DNA of 58,479 nucleotides from Planctomycetota bacterium. GTDB taxonomy: Bacteria > Planctomycetota > Planctomycetia > Pirellulales > Thermoguttaceae. The stretch's first letter is position 1; each line of letters opens with the position of its first letter. A program made the position numbers and the translations under genes. The notes under the pieces were generated by a model. It searched no databases, was not told the origin of the DNA, and saw only the letters and a list, made by a program, of their open reading frames with translations. Where the stretch lies: assembly GCA_037147235.1 (NCBI GenBank), contig JBAWVO010000001.1:1-58479 (forward strand), in the 5' to 3' direction. Positions 18,291 to 27,937 of the stretch are shown here, piece after piece.

Positions 18291-19310
18291 TCAGTTCGCC
18301 GGTGCCGCCTCGGTCGGGCAAGGTGCCGTTCCTTCAGCCGGGCAAGGAGCAGGACCGCGGCCTGCCGAAGTTCGTTCCACGATGCGGACATGGTTGGCTG
18401 GCACGGGATAGCTGATTCCCGGCTGCCGCACGTCGATCCGTTCACGCGTGACAGGCTGCGGCAGCGATACTCGCGTATGGTTGACCATGACATGCTTCTG
18501 CAAGCCGGCGGGCACTCCCAAGGGAATATGTGGAGGCCCGGCCAGTCCAATCGGCGTACCGCTGATCGGCATGCCGTACTGCGGCGAGGTCATACCGGCC
18601 ACAAAGCCTGGCGGGTAGGGGCCTTGCATTCCCGTTGTTGGACCGCCCGGCATCTGCTCGCCCGCAGCCGAGGCAATGGCCAGATCTTTGTTGCCCAAAC
18701 GGACGATCGCCATAATGGCGCCTCGGCGGTCGGCTTCGACGATTGGATCGACGCCCGGATCAAGTCGCGTGCTGACCAAGGTGCCGACGCCGGCCAGGGC
18801 CATCTCTTGAAACTCGGGATCGGGCAGGTAGATCACTTTGGTCACAAAGTTCCCCGTCGTCACCTGGTCGAAGTCCTCGTCGGTGAATTCGACGGGGATG
18901 GCATTGTGCGCCAAGAATGCCTCGGAACGCGGTGTGGCCGGGCCAACTTCCAGCGTCGGAAAGAGTTCCAACCCTGGGCGACCTGGGATGTTGGCCAGCT
19001 TCAGCCGGTACAAGGCACCCTGCGGAAAGTTGTAGCGAGCGGGCGCGACGAGCTGTTGGGAATCGAATTGACCCGGAGCGGTCACGTCCCACTGCATCGT
19101 GAGCCCGTCCGGACCCACAAAATAAATTTGCGATGCGGCCCCCACGACAGGAACGGCCGGCTGGCACGAAAGCACGCCGGGGCCAGGGCCGTCAACGCCT
19201 GGTCCGGGATGCGCCAACATCTCCGATGGCGGCAGGTTGTTCCTGACCGGTTTATGGCAGCCAACCGCAGCCATAACCATGACGAGTAAACACACACCTG
19301 TAATTTTCAT
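18291..19310 (-). CDS. Putative lipoprotein, first gene of a three-gene operon
   Basis: MKITGVCLLVMVMAAVGC is a lipoprotein signal. It is paralogous to the next gene. Confidence 0.75.
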   Translation of the reverse strand: MKITGVCLLVMVMAAVGCHKPVRNNLPPSEMLAHPGPGVDGPGPGVLSCQPAVPVVGAASQIYFVGPDGLTMQWDVTAPGQFDSQQLVAPARYNFPQGALYRLKLANIPGRPGLELFPTLEVGPATPRSEAFLAHNAIPVEFTDEDFDQVTTGNFVTKVIYLPDPEFQEMALAGVGTLVSTRLDPGVDPIVEADRRGAIMAIVRLGNKDLAIASAAGEQMPGGPTTGMQGPYPPGFVAGMTSPQYGMPISGTPIGLAGPPHIPLGVPAGLQKHVMVNHTRVSLPQPVTRERIDVRQPGISYPVPANHVRIVERTSAGRGPAPCPAEGTAPCPTEAAPAN

Positions 19311-19512
19311 GGTTTCTCCCCCTCAATTGACCTAGACCCTAGTGCAAGGCCGTCTTACAATACGGACCCCATTTCCTGCGCCGGTTCCGTGAGGAGATCA
19401 ATCTCCCCTGGAAAAGCTGCGGCACACGGCTCGATAAGTTATCTAGGTCTATTGTTCGTCCTGTTGCAACGCGAATCTTTGGAAAATCCGGCATATCCTG
19501 CAAATTAGCGTT

Positions 19513-20619
19513 ATGACAAACAAGTTGCCTATTCTACTTGCCTTAGTTCTCATGGTCGCCGCCGCAATGCCGTGGCTGCGATCGTTGGAGCCGCAGCGAT
19601 GGATTTTGTCCGGCGATAGTACGACGGTGCCACCCCCCGAGCGAGTCGCCACGCAGTCAATTTCATCCGGCAGTACGCAAAGCGTTGAAAAAGCTAGAGA
19701 TACGTCGTTTTTGCAACCGTTGATTCCGTCGGCGGTAGCTCCGATTCCGCAGGCCACGCAGGGTCAAATAAGTTCCAAGATTTCAGCGACGGATAGCGGA
19801 GTGCCTCGGGCTGTCGATATATCCCAATCTACCCTGCCTAAACCTCAGGCACTGTTGGAAAGTGCAGTTCAGGCCGTGGAAACCAGACGTTTTATTTCCG
19901 CGCGCATCAAGCAGCAAGGCGAATTGTTCGGTCAGCAGATTACCGGAGAGGGCCGCTACTACGAGCTTCGCCAGGGACCGATTCCACGGATCCATCTCGA
20001 ATTGACGGTGGAAGTTGGGTCGGTTTCTACCAGTCTCGTGCAGGTTTGCAATGGCACGACCTTTTGGACCTATCGGAAGCTGCCCAACGCGGAATCGTTG
20101 TCCAAGCTCGACGCAGTGCGTGCGATTACCGCACTGGAGCAGGCTGCAAGCAAGCTGCCGCGAGAAGCGATCGCCTCCTCGCCTGGATTAGGAGGTCTGG
20201 TGCGATTGATCCGCGGGCTAAACGCCCAGTTCGAGTTCACCTCGGTCGTCGCCGATCAACTAGGCGGCCTGCCGGTCTGGAAACTCAGCGGCGGATGGAA
20301 GCCGGCGCAACTGGTCCGACTTCTGCCGAACCAGAAGGAGGCGATCGAAAAGAGCCGTCCGCTAGACTTGACTCGTCTGCCGGGCCACTTGCCTGACGGC
20401 GTGTCGCTGTTCCTTGGGCAGGAAGACTGCTTTCCTTACCGCATTGATTACCTCCGTAGCGCGCCAAAGTCGTCGCCGCGGCGTTTGGTGGGGCTGGAAT
20501 TCTTTGAGCTGAACTTCAACGGGCCGATTGACTCCGGCCAATTCCTCTTCACGCCGGGCAGCCTGGAGATCATCGACCGCACCGAAGAGTTTGTCCGCTC
20601 GCTCGGCGTGGGGGGGTGA
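19513..20619 (+). CDS. Secreted hypothetical protein (possibly LolA-like fold)
   Basis: 368 aa with signal MTNKLPILLALVLMVAAAMPW. The fold suggestion rests only on the general sequence pattern and is weak. Confidence 0.65.
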   Translation: MTNKLPILLALVLMVAAAMPWLRSLEPQRWILSGDSTTVPPPERVATQSISSGSTQSVEKARDTSFLQPLIPSAVAPIPQATQGQISSKISATDSGVPRAVDISQSTLPKPQALLESAVQAVETRRFISARIKQQGELFGQQITGEGRYYELRQGPIPRIHLELTVEVGSVSTSLVQVCNGTTFWTYRKLPNAESLSKLDAVRAITALEQAASKLPREAIASSPGLGGLVRLIRGLNAQFEFTSVVADQLGGLPVWKLSGGWKPAQLVRLLPNQKEAIEKSRPLDLTRLPGHLPDGVSLFLGQEDCFPYRIDYLRSAPKSSPRRLVGLEFFELNFNGPIDSGQFLFTPGSLEIIDRTEEFVRSLGVGG

Positions 20620-20729
20620 CTTCCGGGTACTGCCCGCAAACTTTGCCGGGCTTGCCATTCTCTGATTAAGCCTCAATTACGGCCCTTTTCTTGGCCGATG
20701 ACTAGGCATGTTATAAACCGGTGCATTCT

Positions 20730-22208
20730 ATGCTTATAATACTCAGCGACTTACATTTGAACGACGGCACGACGGGCGAGACGCTTTCATCGGAGGCCTT
20801 TGCCCTGTTCACCGATCGGCTCAAAGAATTGGCGATTACCGCCTCTTGGCGGAGCGACGGTGCTTACAGGCCGATCGAACGAATCGACTTGGTGTTGTTG
20901 GGCGATGTACTGGATCCGTTGCACTCCAACCGCTGGCATACCGCGGGCGACGTTCGTCCCTGGGACGATCCGCAGTCGCCTGGCCTGATCGATCAAATCA
21001 CCAGGATCACGGGCGATATCCTCTCCCAGAACCAGGAGTCGCTCTCCGCGCTCCGCGCTCTGGCCCGTGAAGGCGAGATTGCCATTCCGCCGATGCTTCG
21101 CGCGGCTCGACCTGCCTCGGATGTTGACGATCAGCCGGTGCTGGTCCGAACGCATTACATGGTCGGCAACCATGACTGGTTCTACCATCTGCCCGGCGAG
21201 GCTTACGACGCCCTGCGGCAGAAGCTGGTTGACCAACTGGGCTTGGCCAACCGCTCGGATCGCCCCTTCCCGCATGATATAACGGAGAGCGACGAGTTAT
21301 TGCAGACGATGCGCCGCCACAAGGTGACGGCCCGGCATGGCGATGCCTTCGACTCGCTGAGTTTTGAAGGCGACCGCGATTTTTCCGGCCTGACCGACGC
21401 CGTGACGTTGGATCTCGTCGTCCGTTTTATGCTCGAAGTCGAGCAGAACCTGGGCCACGAGCTGCCCGATGCGGCGATCCTTGCCCTGCGCGAGATTGAT
21501 AACTTCCGTCCGCTGCTTTTGATTCCCGTTTGGATCGAAGGCCTGTTGGAACGGACTTGCCCACACCCAGCCGTACGGAAGCGCGTGAAGCAGCTTTGGG
21601 ACCGGCTGGCCGAAGAGTTGCTTTCCAGCCGCCTGGTCCGTGAACGTGATGCGTTGAGTTCGGCAAAACTCGTCGACGGACTCTCCCATGCCCTGCGGTT
21701 CAGCAAACGACGTTCGACCGGTTGGGCGGAAATCACGGCTGAATGGTTGCGGGCGATTCGCGGGGCCGACAGCGATTCCTTTGTCGCGCATGCCTTGACC
21801 GAGCCTGACTTCCGTAATCGCCGCGCCAAGCATGTGGTTTACGGTCACACGCACGCGGCGGAGATCGTGCCGCTGGACGCCAGCCACGCGGAAGGTTATG
21901 TGTTGGATCAGGTCTATTTCAACGCCGGCACGTGGCGGCGGATTTATCGCCCGGCCAGTTTCGCGCCCGCCGGCCATGAGTTCATCGCCGCCGACGTCTT
22001 CAGCTATCTAGCCTTCTTTCAGGGCGACGAGCGCAAGGGGCGCACCTTTGAGACCTGGACCGGCACGCTCGGACACATGCCTGCCACACGGAGCATTCAT
22101 CGCATCGACGCCGATCGTGGTCTGCTCGCCGCCCACGTGGCTCCACGGGCCCCGCACTTCGCGTCGCTGCTGGGCAACACGGCCGGCTCGGCCACGCGGC
22201 GGCGGTAG
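20730..22208 (+). CDS. Calcineurin-like metallophosphoesterase with a long C-terminal extension
   Basis: Motifs MLIILSDLHLNDG, LLGDVLD, VGNHDW and YGHTH. I prefer the ATG at 20730 over the GTG at 20721. Confidence 0.85.
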   Translation: MLIILSDLHLNDGTTGETLSSEAFALFTDRLKELAITASWRSDGAYRPIERIDLVLLGDVLDPLHSNRWHTAGDVRPWDDPQSPGLIDQITRITGDILSQNQESLSALRALAREGEIAIPPMLRAARPASDVDDQPVLVRTHYMVGNHDWFYHLPGEAYDALRQKLVDQLGLANRSDRPFPHDITESDELLQTMRRHKVTARHGDAFDSLSFEGDRDFSGLTDAVTLDLVVRFMLEVEQNLGHELPDAAILALREIDNFRPLLLIPVWIEGLLERTCPHPAVRKRVKQLWDRLAEELLSSRLVRERDALSSAKLVDGLSHALRFSKRRSTGWAEITAEWLRAIRGADSDSFVAHALTEPDFRNRRAKHVVYGHTHAAEIVPLDASHAEGYVLDQVYFNAGTWRRIYRPASFAPAGHEFIAADVFSYLAFFQGDERKGRTFETWTGTLGHMPATRSIHRIDADRGLLAAHVAPRAPHFASLLGNTAGSATRRR

Positions 22209-22261
22209 TAACCGATCCTTCCCCGCCCGGATTATTCACAAACCGTGGGGCGCGTGAAGCT

Positions 22262-22552
22262 ATTCTACCTTTTTGGGGCCGGTCACCCACTTCCGCTCTT
22301 GAAAGAGGCTCTTCCGGTTCTGTGTGCCTGCCGACGGAGTTCCAGCCCCCGCCGCGATCCACGCGGAGCGCGCCCGTTGTAGGACCACTAGGATCGTCCA
22401 CTGGTGAGTTCGCATGGTAACTCTCGTCATACCAATCCGCGCACCACTGCCAGCCCTTTCGGCGGCTCTTTCGTCTCGCTGAAAGCAGACCCCGCCATTG
22501 CAAAAAGCACTACGCAACCAATCACGACGTTTCTCATAACGTGTCTTTCCAT
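22262..22552 (-). pseudogene. Remnant of an FGE/SUMF1-domain gene (signal peptide plus frameshifted C-terminal fragment)
   Basis: The ATG at 22552 gives MERHVMRNVVIGCVVLFAMAGSAFSETKEPPKGLAVVRGLV then a stop. A +1 frame reads GWQWCADWYDESYHANSPVDDPSGPTTGALRVDRGGGWNS, typical of the FGE-domain C-terminus. Most of the domain is missing. Confidence 0.45.
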
Positions 22553-22559
22553 AAGAGAT

Positions 22560-25295
22560 TTAATTTGCAAAATGTTTGCTGACTTCCGCGTGGAGCAGGG
22601 CAGGATCCAGTAGCAACATCGGCTCGAGCCAATCGACGTGGTTGCCAATATCCAGTCCATCGCCTCCACCAGAAACCTCGCTGGAGTTTTCCGTGACGAG
22701 TACGAGTTGCCGGGCGGTGCCCGCCGCAGGTGGCAGGGCGATTTCGCCCGTCGAGACCGGCATCCTCGAACCGACCAGCGGCTGACTCTGATACAGCGGT
22801 GTACCGTTTGCCTGATTGATATAGACCTTGGCGATTGCACAGCCCGCATTGCCGACGACCGCATCGATGCCCACACTGGCGCGGAACGCCCTCACGCAGT
22901 CCGGCAATGCGAAAACCATTTCATTCGGGGCGTGAACGCCGAACCCCCATAGGTAATCCATGCCCTCACTGCGCAAAATGCCGCCGGCCACGTTACGGTC
23001 GGTCTGCCACTTCCAACTCGGTCCTAGCGATCCACGCTGAGTGACCTGTTGCGGAGCAAATCGCGACAGCGGTATCCTGTGCGCGGGTGCCTGCCAAAGA
23101 AGGCGAAGACGAGCCCATGGCACAGGAATTGGATCATGGCTCCAGACCGGCTGCATCCATCGCAGCGACGCTTCGAGTACGCGATCACGTCGCAGTTTCG
23201 CTGGATCAGCCCCTCGCTCATGAGGCCGATGCAGCAACGATGAGGCCCCGGAAGACGATCGGTTCGTGGAAGCCGTGATCACCATCCCCTCGGCGGTTTC
23301 CACTCGCACGATTTCCGCACTACCCTCGGGATCGAGGATCGACAGCTCGCGAAAGTAGGTGTCCCAAGCATCCATTGGTGACAATTGTAGGTCGGCTATT
23401 TCAATCAGGGGGATGCGCTCAAGGCTTTCCTCCGTAAGCACGCTCACGGAATCCGCTCCCCAGCGAACCGCCCGGAAAGCGTAACGGCGGCCGTTGCGAC
23501 AGGTCAGCGTCTTTGGCAGGCAGGGCCGGTCTCGCAAGGACGGGTCAAAGATAATCCGGCGCAACCAATCCGTGTCCACGGAGACCGTTTGCTTTGGATC
23601 TTGAAGAAAACCGATGGGTGGCCGAACGATCAATTGCGAGGATACCGCTTGGTTTTCCTTAGTCGAGGCTGGCACATAGCCGCAGATCGTTCCCACCATC
23701 CGGTCGCCGTTCTGAAATTCCAGCATCGCTTCGGCAGGGGCCATGGGCTGGCGATCGGACTCGGCGCAGCGGCGGTCGAACTGGACGCAAACCCGTGTGG
23801 GCATTGCGGCCGGATCGGGACGCGACACCTTCCCGGAAGGCCCTATCCACCGCCAACCTGTCAACAAGCTACCGTCGAGCCGCAAACCGTTTTCATAGAC
23901 GGCCGTAAGGCGCGACTCGCCACCCATGCGGCGGATGCGCTGAGCCAGGGCGCAGATGTTCTCGACGGCTTCCGGTGTGGTGGCGGTCGGGCTGACGAGC
24001 ATGGCATCGCAATCCTTGCCACCAGGCCCTTCCCCACGGATCACGATCTCGGCAGGCCCTGACTTGAGTTCGATCTGGCCGGCCTCACGCCACACGACGA
24101 CGGCATCAGGCCCGCGGGCATGGGTCACTCGCAACTCTTTACCCTGGACGGATGTTTTCAACGCAGAATTGCCAGGCCCGCGAACCTTTACGCTGTTTTC
24201 CAAGGCTCGCACCCAAACATGATACGTGCCGTTGCGGGGCACATTGATTGTGGTCCTGATCCCTTCGTCGGCGGGTTCACCCTCGGCCGTGACGTGCCGG
24301 TCTCCGAGGTATCGCCCCGCCTCGGCAGGGATATGGGCCGGCAAGCATCGCCAGTTTCCCTCGAAGTTTTCGGCCTGAAGAATGAAAGTACCCGTGGGAA
24401 GAATGGCATCGGTCATATCGAATTCGTAGCGGTGGCGAAGGTAAGCCAGCATGTCACGTCGTTCGGCAAACGAAAGGCTGCGGTTATAGACGATCATCTC
24501 GGCAATTTGGCCGCAAAACAATTCTCCTTCATGGCCCCCAAGCTCCAAGGTGCGGCCACATCGGTCGCTTTCCGGCTTCAACAGGCCAAGCAACGCCACC
24601 GCGCGATCTCCTCCCACCAGGTTGCTTAAACCGTCATGGAATTCCACCGTATGGCGATCGACCTCGCCGTTGGAAATGATCGCGGCAAAGCGTCCTTCGC
24701 CGCGACCATCGCTGGGCAATGTCAAGTCAAGGCTGTAGGCCCGTTCGCCGCGATTGGTGAGATAGCAGACATGCACCCTCGCGAATCCGTCGCCGCGACT
24801 GTGGAGGGCCAATGTTTCTCGCTTGTTCTGGCCGGTGCCCACGGAATACGGGTGGTTGCTCGATGGGCCGTTCCCCATCTGCGACTGAACGACGAGCACC
24901 ACCGTCGAGGTGGCGCGGTCATTCAACATGGCGTTGGATCGCGACAGAGCTTGCTCGCCGTTGAAGGCAACCGTGGGCCGATTGCCCGCCGCAGGCTGTC
25001 GAGCGACAAACAGCGGTGCTCGCTGGGGCACTGCCGCGAGATTAAATTTATTGGACGAGCGATCGTTCCACGCGGCCACCATGCCGTTGAAGTCCGGATC
25101 GGCGGGGCTGCGGCCCTGAGTATCCTTGATGCCGCTGTCGGCCCGCAGCCAAAGCCGCAGATTTTCGCCATTTGGGTCCGGTTCGCCGCTGGAAAGCATG
25201 ACCGTCGCCGCTGTGACGTGTTGAGAGAACACTACCGCAACCAACGTGGCAGCAAGGAATGTCAGGTGAATTGGAAATTGTTTGAGTACGGTCAT
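22560..25295 (-). CDS. Secreted LamG-like / central jelly-roll-like / C-terminal NPCBM-like protein (paralog B)
   Basis: 911 aa. The N-terminus has [13 protein letters not shown]...VAAWNDRS...[10 protein letters not shown]...[30 protein letters not shown] (LamG_3 style). The C-terminus has [29 protein letters not shown]...LVLVTE...GNHVDWLEP (NPCBM pattern). The start overlaps the upstream stop (ATGA at 25292-25295). Confidence 0.85.
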   Translation of the reverse strand: MTVLKQFPIHLTFLAATLVAVVFSQHVTAATVMLSSGEPDPNGENLRLWLRADSGIKDTQGRSPADPDFNGMVAAWNDRSSNKFNLAAVPQRAPLFVARQPAAGNRPTVAFNGEQALSRSNAMLNDRATSTVVLVVQSQMGNGPSSNHPYSVGTGQNKRETLALHSRGDGFARVHVCYLTNRGERAYSLDLTLPSDGRGEGRFAAIISNGEVDRHTVEFHDGLSNLVGGDRAVALLGLLKPESDRCGRTLELGGHEGELFCGQIAEMIVYNRSLSFAERRDMLAYLRHRYEFDMTDAILPTGTFILQAENFEGNWRCLPAHIPAEAGRYLGDRHVTAEGEPADEGIRTTINVPRNGTYHVWVRALENSVKVRGPGNSALKTSVQGKELRVTHARGPDAVVVWREAGQIELKSGPAEIVIRGEGPGGKDCDAMLVSPTATTPEAVENICALAQRIRRMGGESRLTAVYENGLRLDGSLLTGWRWIGPSGKVSRPDPAAMPTRVCVQFDRRCAESDRQPMAPAEAMLEFQNGDRMVGTICGYVPASTKENQAVSSQLIVRPPIGFLQDPKQTVSVDTDWLRRIIFDPSLRDRPCLPKTLTCRNGRRYAFRAVRWGADSVSVLTEESLERIPLIEIADLQLSPMDAWDTYFRELSILDPEGSAEIVRVETAEGMVITASTNRSSSGASSLLHRPHERGADPAKLRRDRVLEASLRWMQPVWSHDPIPVPWARLRLLWQAPAHRIPLSRFAPQQVTQRGSLGPSWKWQTDRNVAGGILRSEGMDYLWGFGVHAPNEMVFALPDCVRAFRASVGIDAVVGNAGCAIAKVYINQANGTPLYQSQPLVGSRMPVSTGEIALPPAAGTARQLVLVTENSSEVSGGGDGLDIGNHVDWLEPMLLLDPALLHAEVSKHFAN

Positions 25296-27937
25296 GGTAG
25301 GTCGCCCTCGAGAGCCGGACCAGTGGACTGCATCGTCGAAATACGCGTATTGTTGCCAGCCTGTTTCGCTCCTATCTTATTGCCGCTACCTTGGCAGCAC
25401 AATACCTGTTCGCCGCTGACGAGGATCGGCCCCAACGTCACCGCCGAGGCCGGGTTTGTGGAGGGGAATAAACTATGAGCCTTGGTTTTTCCCGAGGCTG
25501 CGTCGATCCAGAGCAGCGCGAGCCGCGATTTGTCCCCTTGCATGACCTGGCAGGCACAAAGAATTTGGCCGGCTGCGTTCCGGGCTAGGGCGGCGTCCAT
25601 GCCTGGCAATTCACGCCGCCAAAGTACCTGCCCCGTCGCAGCATGCAAAGCCGTAAGCCCATAGGTGCTTTGAACCAGGAGCCGATCGTCGTGGAGGTCG
25701 AGGATCTGTTGTAGGCCGATGACGCCCCGCCGCCAAACGAGTTGCCCCGTTCGCGCCGCGAGACATTCGACGGCGCAACTGCCTGGTTGCTGCAAGTAGA
25801 GGAGGCCGCCGGCCTCGCGAGGCAACTGGCAGGGCTGAGAATGGGAAACCGGGTCGATCTCCGCGGGGATCGCGATGCTATTTCGCATCCACTGCACCTT
25901 TCCCTGGAGATCGAGACAGAACACGGCCCCGGAGAACAACACGACCAGTCGATTGCCGACGCAGATCGATTGATACTCGGGCGGCCTGTCCAATGCCGCC
26001 AACCGGTTCGGGGTACGAGATACTTCCGCGAAACCACGCCGGGAAAGCACTTCGCCGCTTTCCGCATCCAATTCCACCAGATACAAGGGAGAGGAAAACT
26101 TTCGGCCCGAATCCGTCGGCGCACCGAGCGTCAAGACAACCAGTCGGCCCTGAATCAACTGAGGATCGCCCGCCACATTGTCACCGCAATCGCGTCGCCA
26201 TAGCCCGCGCCCGGTCTTCTTGTCGAGGCAAACGATTCCATATCTGCCCGAGACGGTTGTCGTTCGGAGGAAGATCCGCGGACCTTGCACCAGCGGGCGT
26301 ATTGGGCTGGACAACACCGACTTGCCTAGCTCCCAACTCCACCGCCTCTTGCCGCTGGCGGACTCGATCGCAATGGCCTGCTTGCGATTACTCACGATCA
26401 GAAGGTCGTCGTGGGCGACCACCGCGATGTTGCCCGACAACGCATCGCAAGAACCGCTCTCGTCGGGTTGCCCCAACGTCGCGAAACAAAACTGCACGGG
26501 CTGCGGAGCGGGAAGGATCGGAAAGGTATCCACAAGCGAGGCCGTCTCCGTCTTCGCCTGCCGGGCAACCGCATCGCGGACCCGTCGCTCAAATTGCTCT
26601 GGAGAGAGGCGGGTTTCGCCAAAGGAAACGGGCTGCTTGGGAGGCTCGCCTCGCAAGTTGCCGAGCATGGCCGAGGCCAGACGGACGCGGGCCGCGAGGT
26701 CGGGCTGCCGATCAGGTGAGGCCGTCGGACGGCCTTCTTCGTACCAGGAAAGGGCTTGGGTAAAGTCGGCTCCCGCCAGCGCGCGGTCGCCCAACCATTG
26801 ACATGCCGAGGCGTGAGCCGGAGTGCCATAGTATTGGACGGTCAACGCCTCGACCGCCATCGGATCACCTTGCGACAGCGTCTGCAGGATGCCGAGCAGT
26901 GCGGCACCGTCGAGTTGGCCGCTCATCACCTCGGCAAGCTCGCGCCGATGAAGCAATATCAGTTGCATGCTGCGGTAGGACACAAAAAGCTGCTCGTCTC
27001 CCGGCGTTGCCATCAAGCCTTCAGCGCGCAAGGCGTAGCTGTTCGTCAGCAGCCGCGCTGCCTCCCGGTACTGCTTATCTTCCAAGGCCGCCCGCAAGTT
27101 CTGGAACAGGCCCGATGCTCCCCGGCTCACGGGCACAATCAGCGGCTGGCGAAGGTCGGCCGTAGGGACGGAGTTCTTGGCCGACCGACCCAAAGTCCGA
27201 TCATACATCCAAGCAAACAACTGCGGGTTGTCCACCGAGCGACGGGCCGGCGGTTGATTGGGTTGCTTCTTGAGTTGCTTCTTGGACTGCTTCGGCTTCG
27301 CATTGACCGGCACTTGACGGGTCGATGGTTGTTTCAGTTGCTTCTCGAAACGCTGCATTTCCTCCCATCGCTGTTCCGCGTACAGCAATCGTAGTACCTC
27401 ATTGACCAAAGACGGCGACAACGGACCGCCGTCGGTCAAAGTCTCCATGCGGGCCTTCTGATACTCCTGGAACTCGGCCTCGGTACCCGTTTCGAGTACG
27501 GCACGGCCAAGCTGTTCCCATGCCTCGATCGAATCGTTGGGATCGAACTGAACATCCGCGACAGCCGCCTTGCGACGTAACTCGGCCGACACGGTGTTGA
27601 CCGTGCCATTCAATTTATCCGCCGGTTTTTCCGCCGGTTTTTCGATTGGCTTTTCGATTGGTTTCTCCGCTGGTTTCTCCGCTGGCTTCTCGATTGGTTT
27701 CTCGGCTGGTTTGTTAGCCATCTTCTCGGTTGGTTTCTCGGCTGGCATTTCGTTAGGTTTCTCGCCAGAATCCTCGACCTGTATCTCGGCAGAACTTTCG
27801 GTCGATGTTTCAGCAACCGTTTCGGCAGGCTTCTCACCAACGCGGGACGTCATGGTTATGGCCAGTAACATCGAAAGGCCAAGGCCGACCAGCACCAAAC
27901 CGGCCCAAATAATCCATCTTCGAGGGAGTTTTATCAT
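25292..27937 (-). CDS. Membrane-anchored PQQ-like (BamB-type) beta-propeller repeat protein with a (KPxE)n spacer
   Basis: I prefer the start [24 protein letters not shown] (ATG at 27937, overlapping the upstream stop as ATGA). It has 12 x 12-bp repeats encoding [10 protein letters not shown]... The C-terminal half carries repeated motifs: ...[13 protein letters not shown], ...[12 protein letters not shown], ...[12 protein letters not shown], ...[12 protein letters not shown] and ...[12 protein letters not shown]. Confidence 0.8.
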   Translation of the reverse strand: MIKLPRRWIIWAGLVLVGLGLSMLLAITMTSRVGEKPAETVAETSTESSAEIQVEDSGEKPNEMPAEKPTEKMANKPAEKPIEKPAEKPAEKPIEKPIEKPAEKPADKLNGTVNTVSAELRRKAAVADVQFDPNDSIEAWEQLGRAVLETGTEAEFQEYQKARMETLTDGGPLSPSLVNEVLRLLYAEQRWEEMQRFEKQLKQPSTRQVPVNAKPKQSKKQLKKQPNQPPARRSVDNPQLFAWMYDRTLGRSAKNSVPTADLRQPLIVPVSRGASGLFQNLRAALEDKQYREAARLLTNSYALRAEGLMATPGDEQLFVSYRSMQLILLHRRELAEVMSGQLDGAALLGILQTLSQGDPMAVEALTVQYYGTPAHASACQWLGDRALAGADFTQALSWYEEGRPTASPDRQPDLAARVRLASAMLGNLRGEPPKQPVSFGETRLSPEQFERRVRDAVARQAKTETASLVDTFPILPAPQPVQFCFATLGQPDESGSCDALSGNIAVVAHDDLLIVSNRKQAIAIESASGKRRWSWELGKSVLSSPIRPLVQGPRIFLRTTTVSGRYGIVCLDKKTGRGLWRRDCGDNVAGDPQLIQGRLVVLTLGAPTDSGRKFSSPLYLVELDAESGEVLSRRGFAEVSRTPNRLAALDRPPEYQSICVGNRLVVLFSGAVFCLDLQGKVQWMRNSIAIPAEIDPVSHSQPCQLPREAGGLLYLQQPGSCAVECLAARTGQLVWRRGVIGLQQILDLHDDRLLVQSTYGLTALHAATGQVLWRRELPGMDAALARNAAGQILCACQVMQGDKSRLALLWIDAASGKTKAHSLFPSTNPASAVTLGPILVSGEQVLCCQGSGNKIGAKQAGNNTRISTMQSTGPALEGDLP
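27618..27761. repeat. 12 x 12-bp imperfect tandem repeat (coding, KP[AI]E periodicity)
   Basis: Units include tccgccggtttt, tccgccggtttt, tcgattggcttt, tcgattggtttc, tccgctggtttc and tccgctggcttc. Read directly from the sequence. Confidence 0.85.

Noticed and set aside
24636-25478. Plus-strand ORFs inside the LamG/NPCBM and giant genes. Examples are 23589-24062, 24120-24629, 24636-25478, 28531-29475, 29803-30522, 34786-35466, 40979-41740, 41871-42566 and 42119-42739.
   Set aside because: They are antisense shadows. Similar pairs such as [10 protein letters not shown]... and [10 protein letters not shown]... exist only because the sense genes are paralogs.
27618-27761. Short tandem repeats considered as a possible CRISPR array (also 50888-50929 and 17072-17149).
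   Set aside because: The units are 7-39 bp with no unique spacers between them. Two of the arrays are in-frame coding repeats. No cas genes are present.
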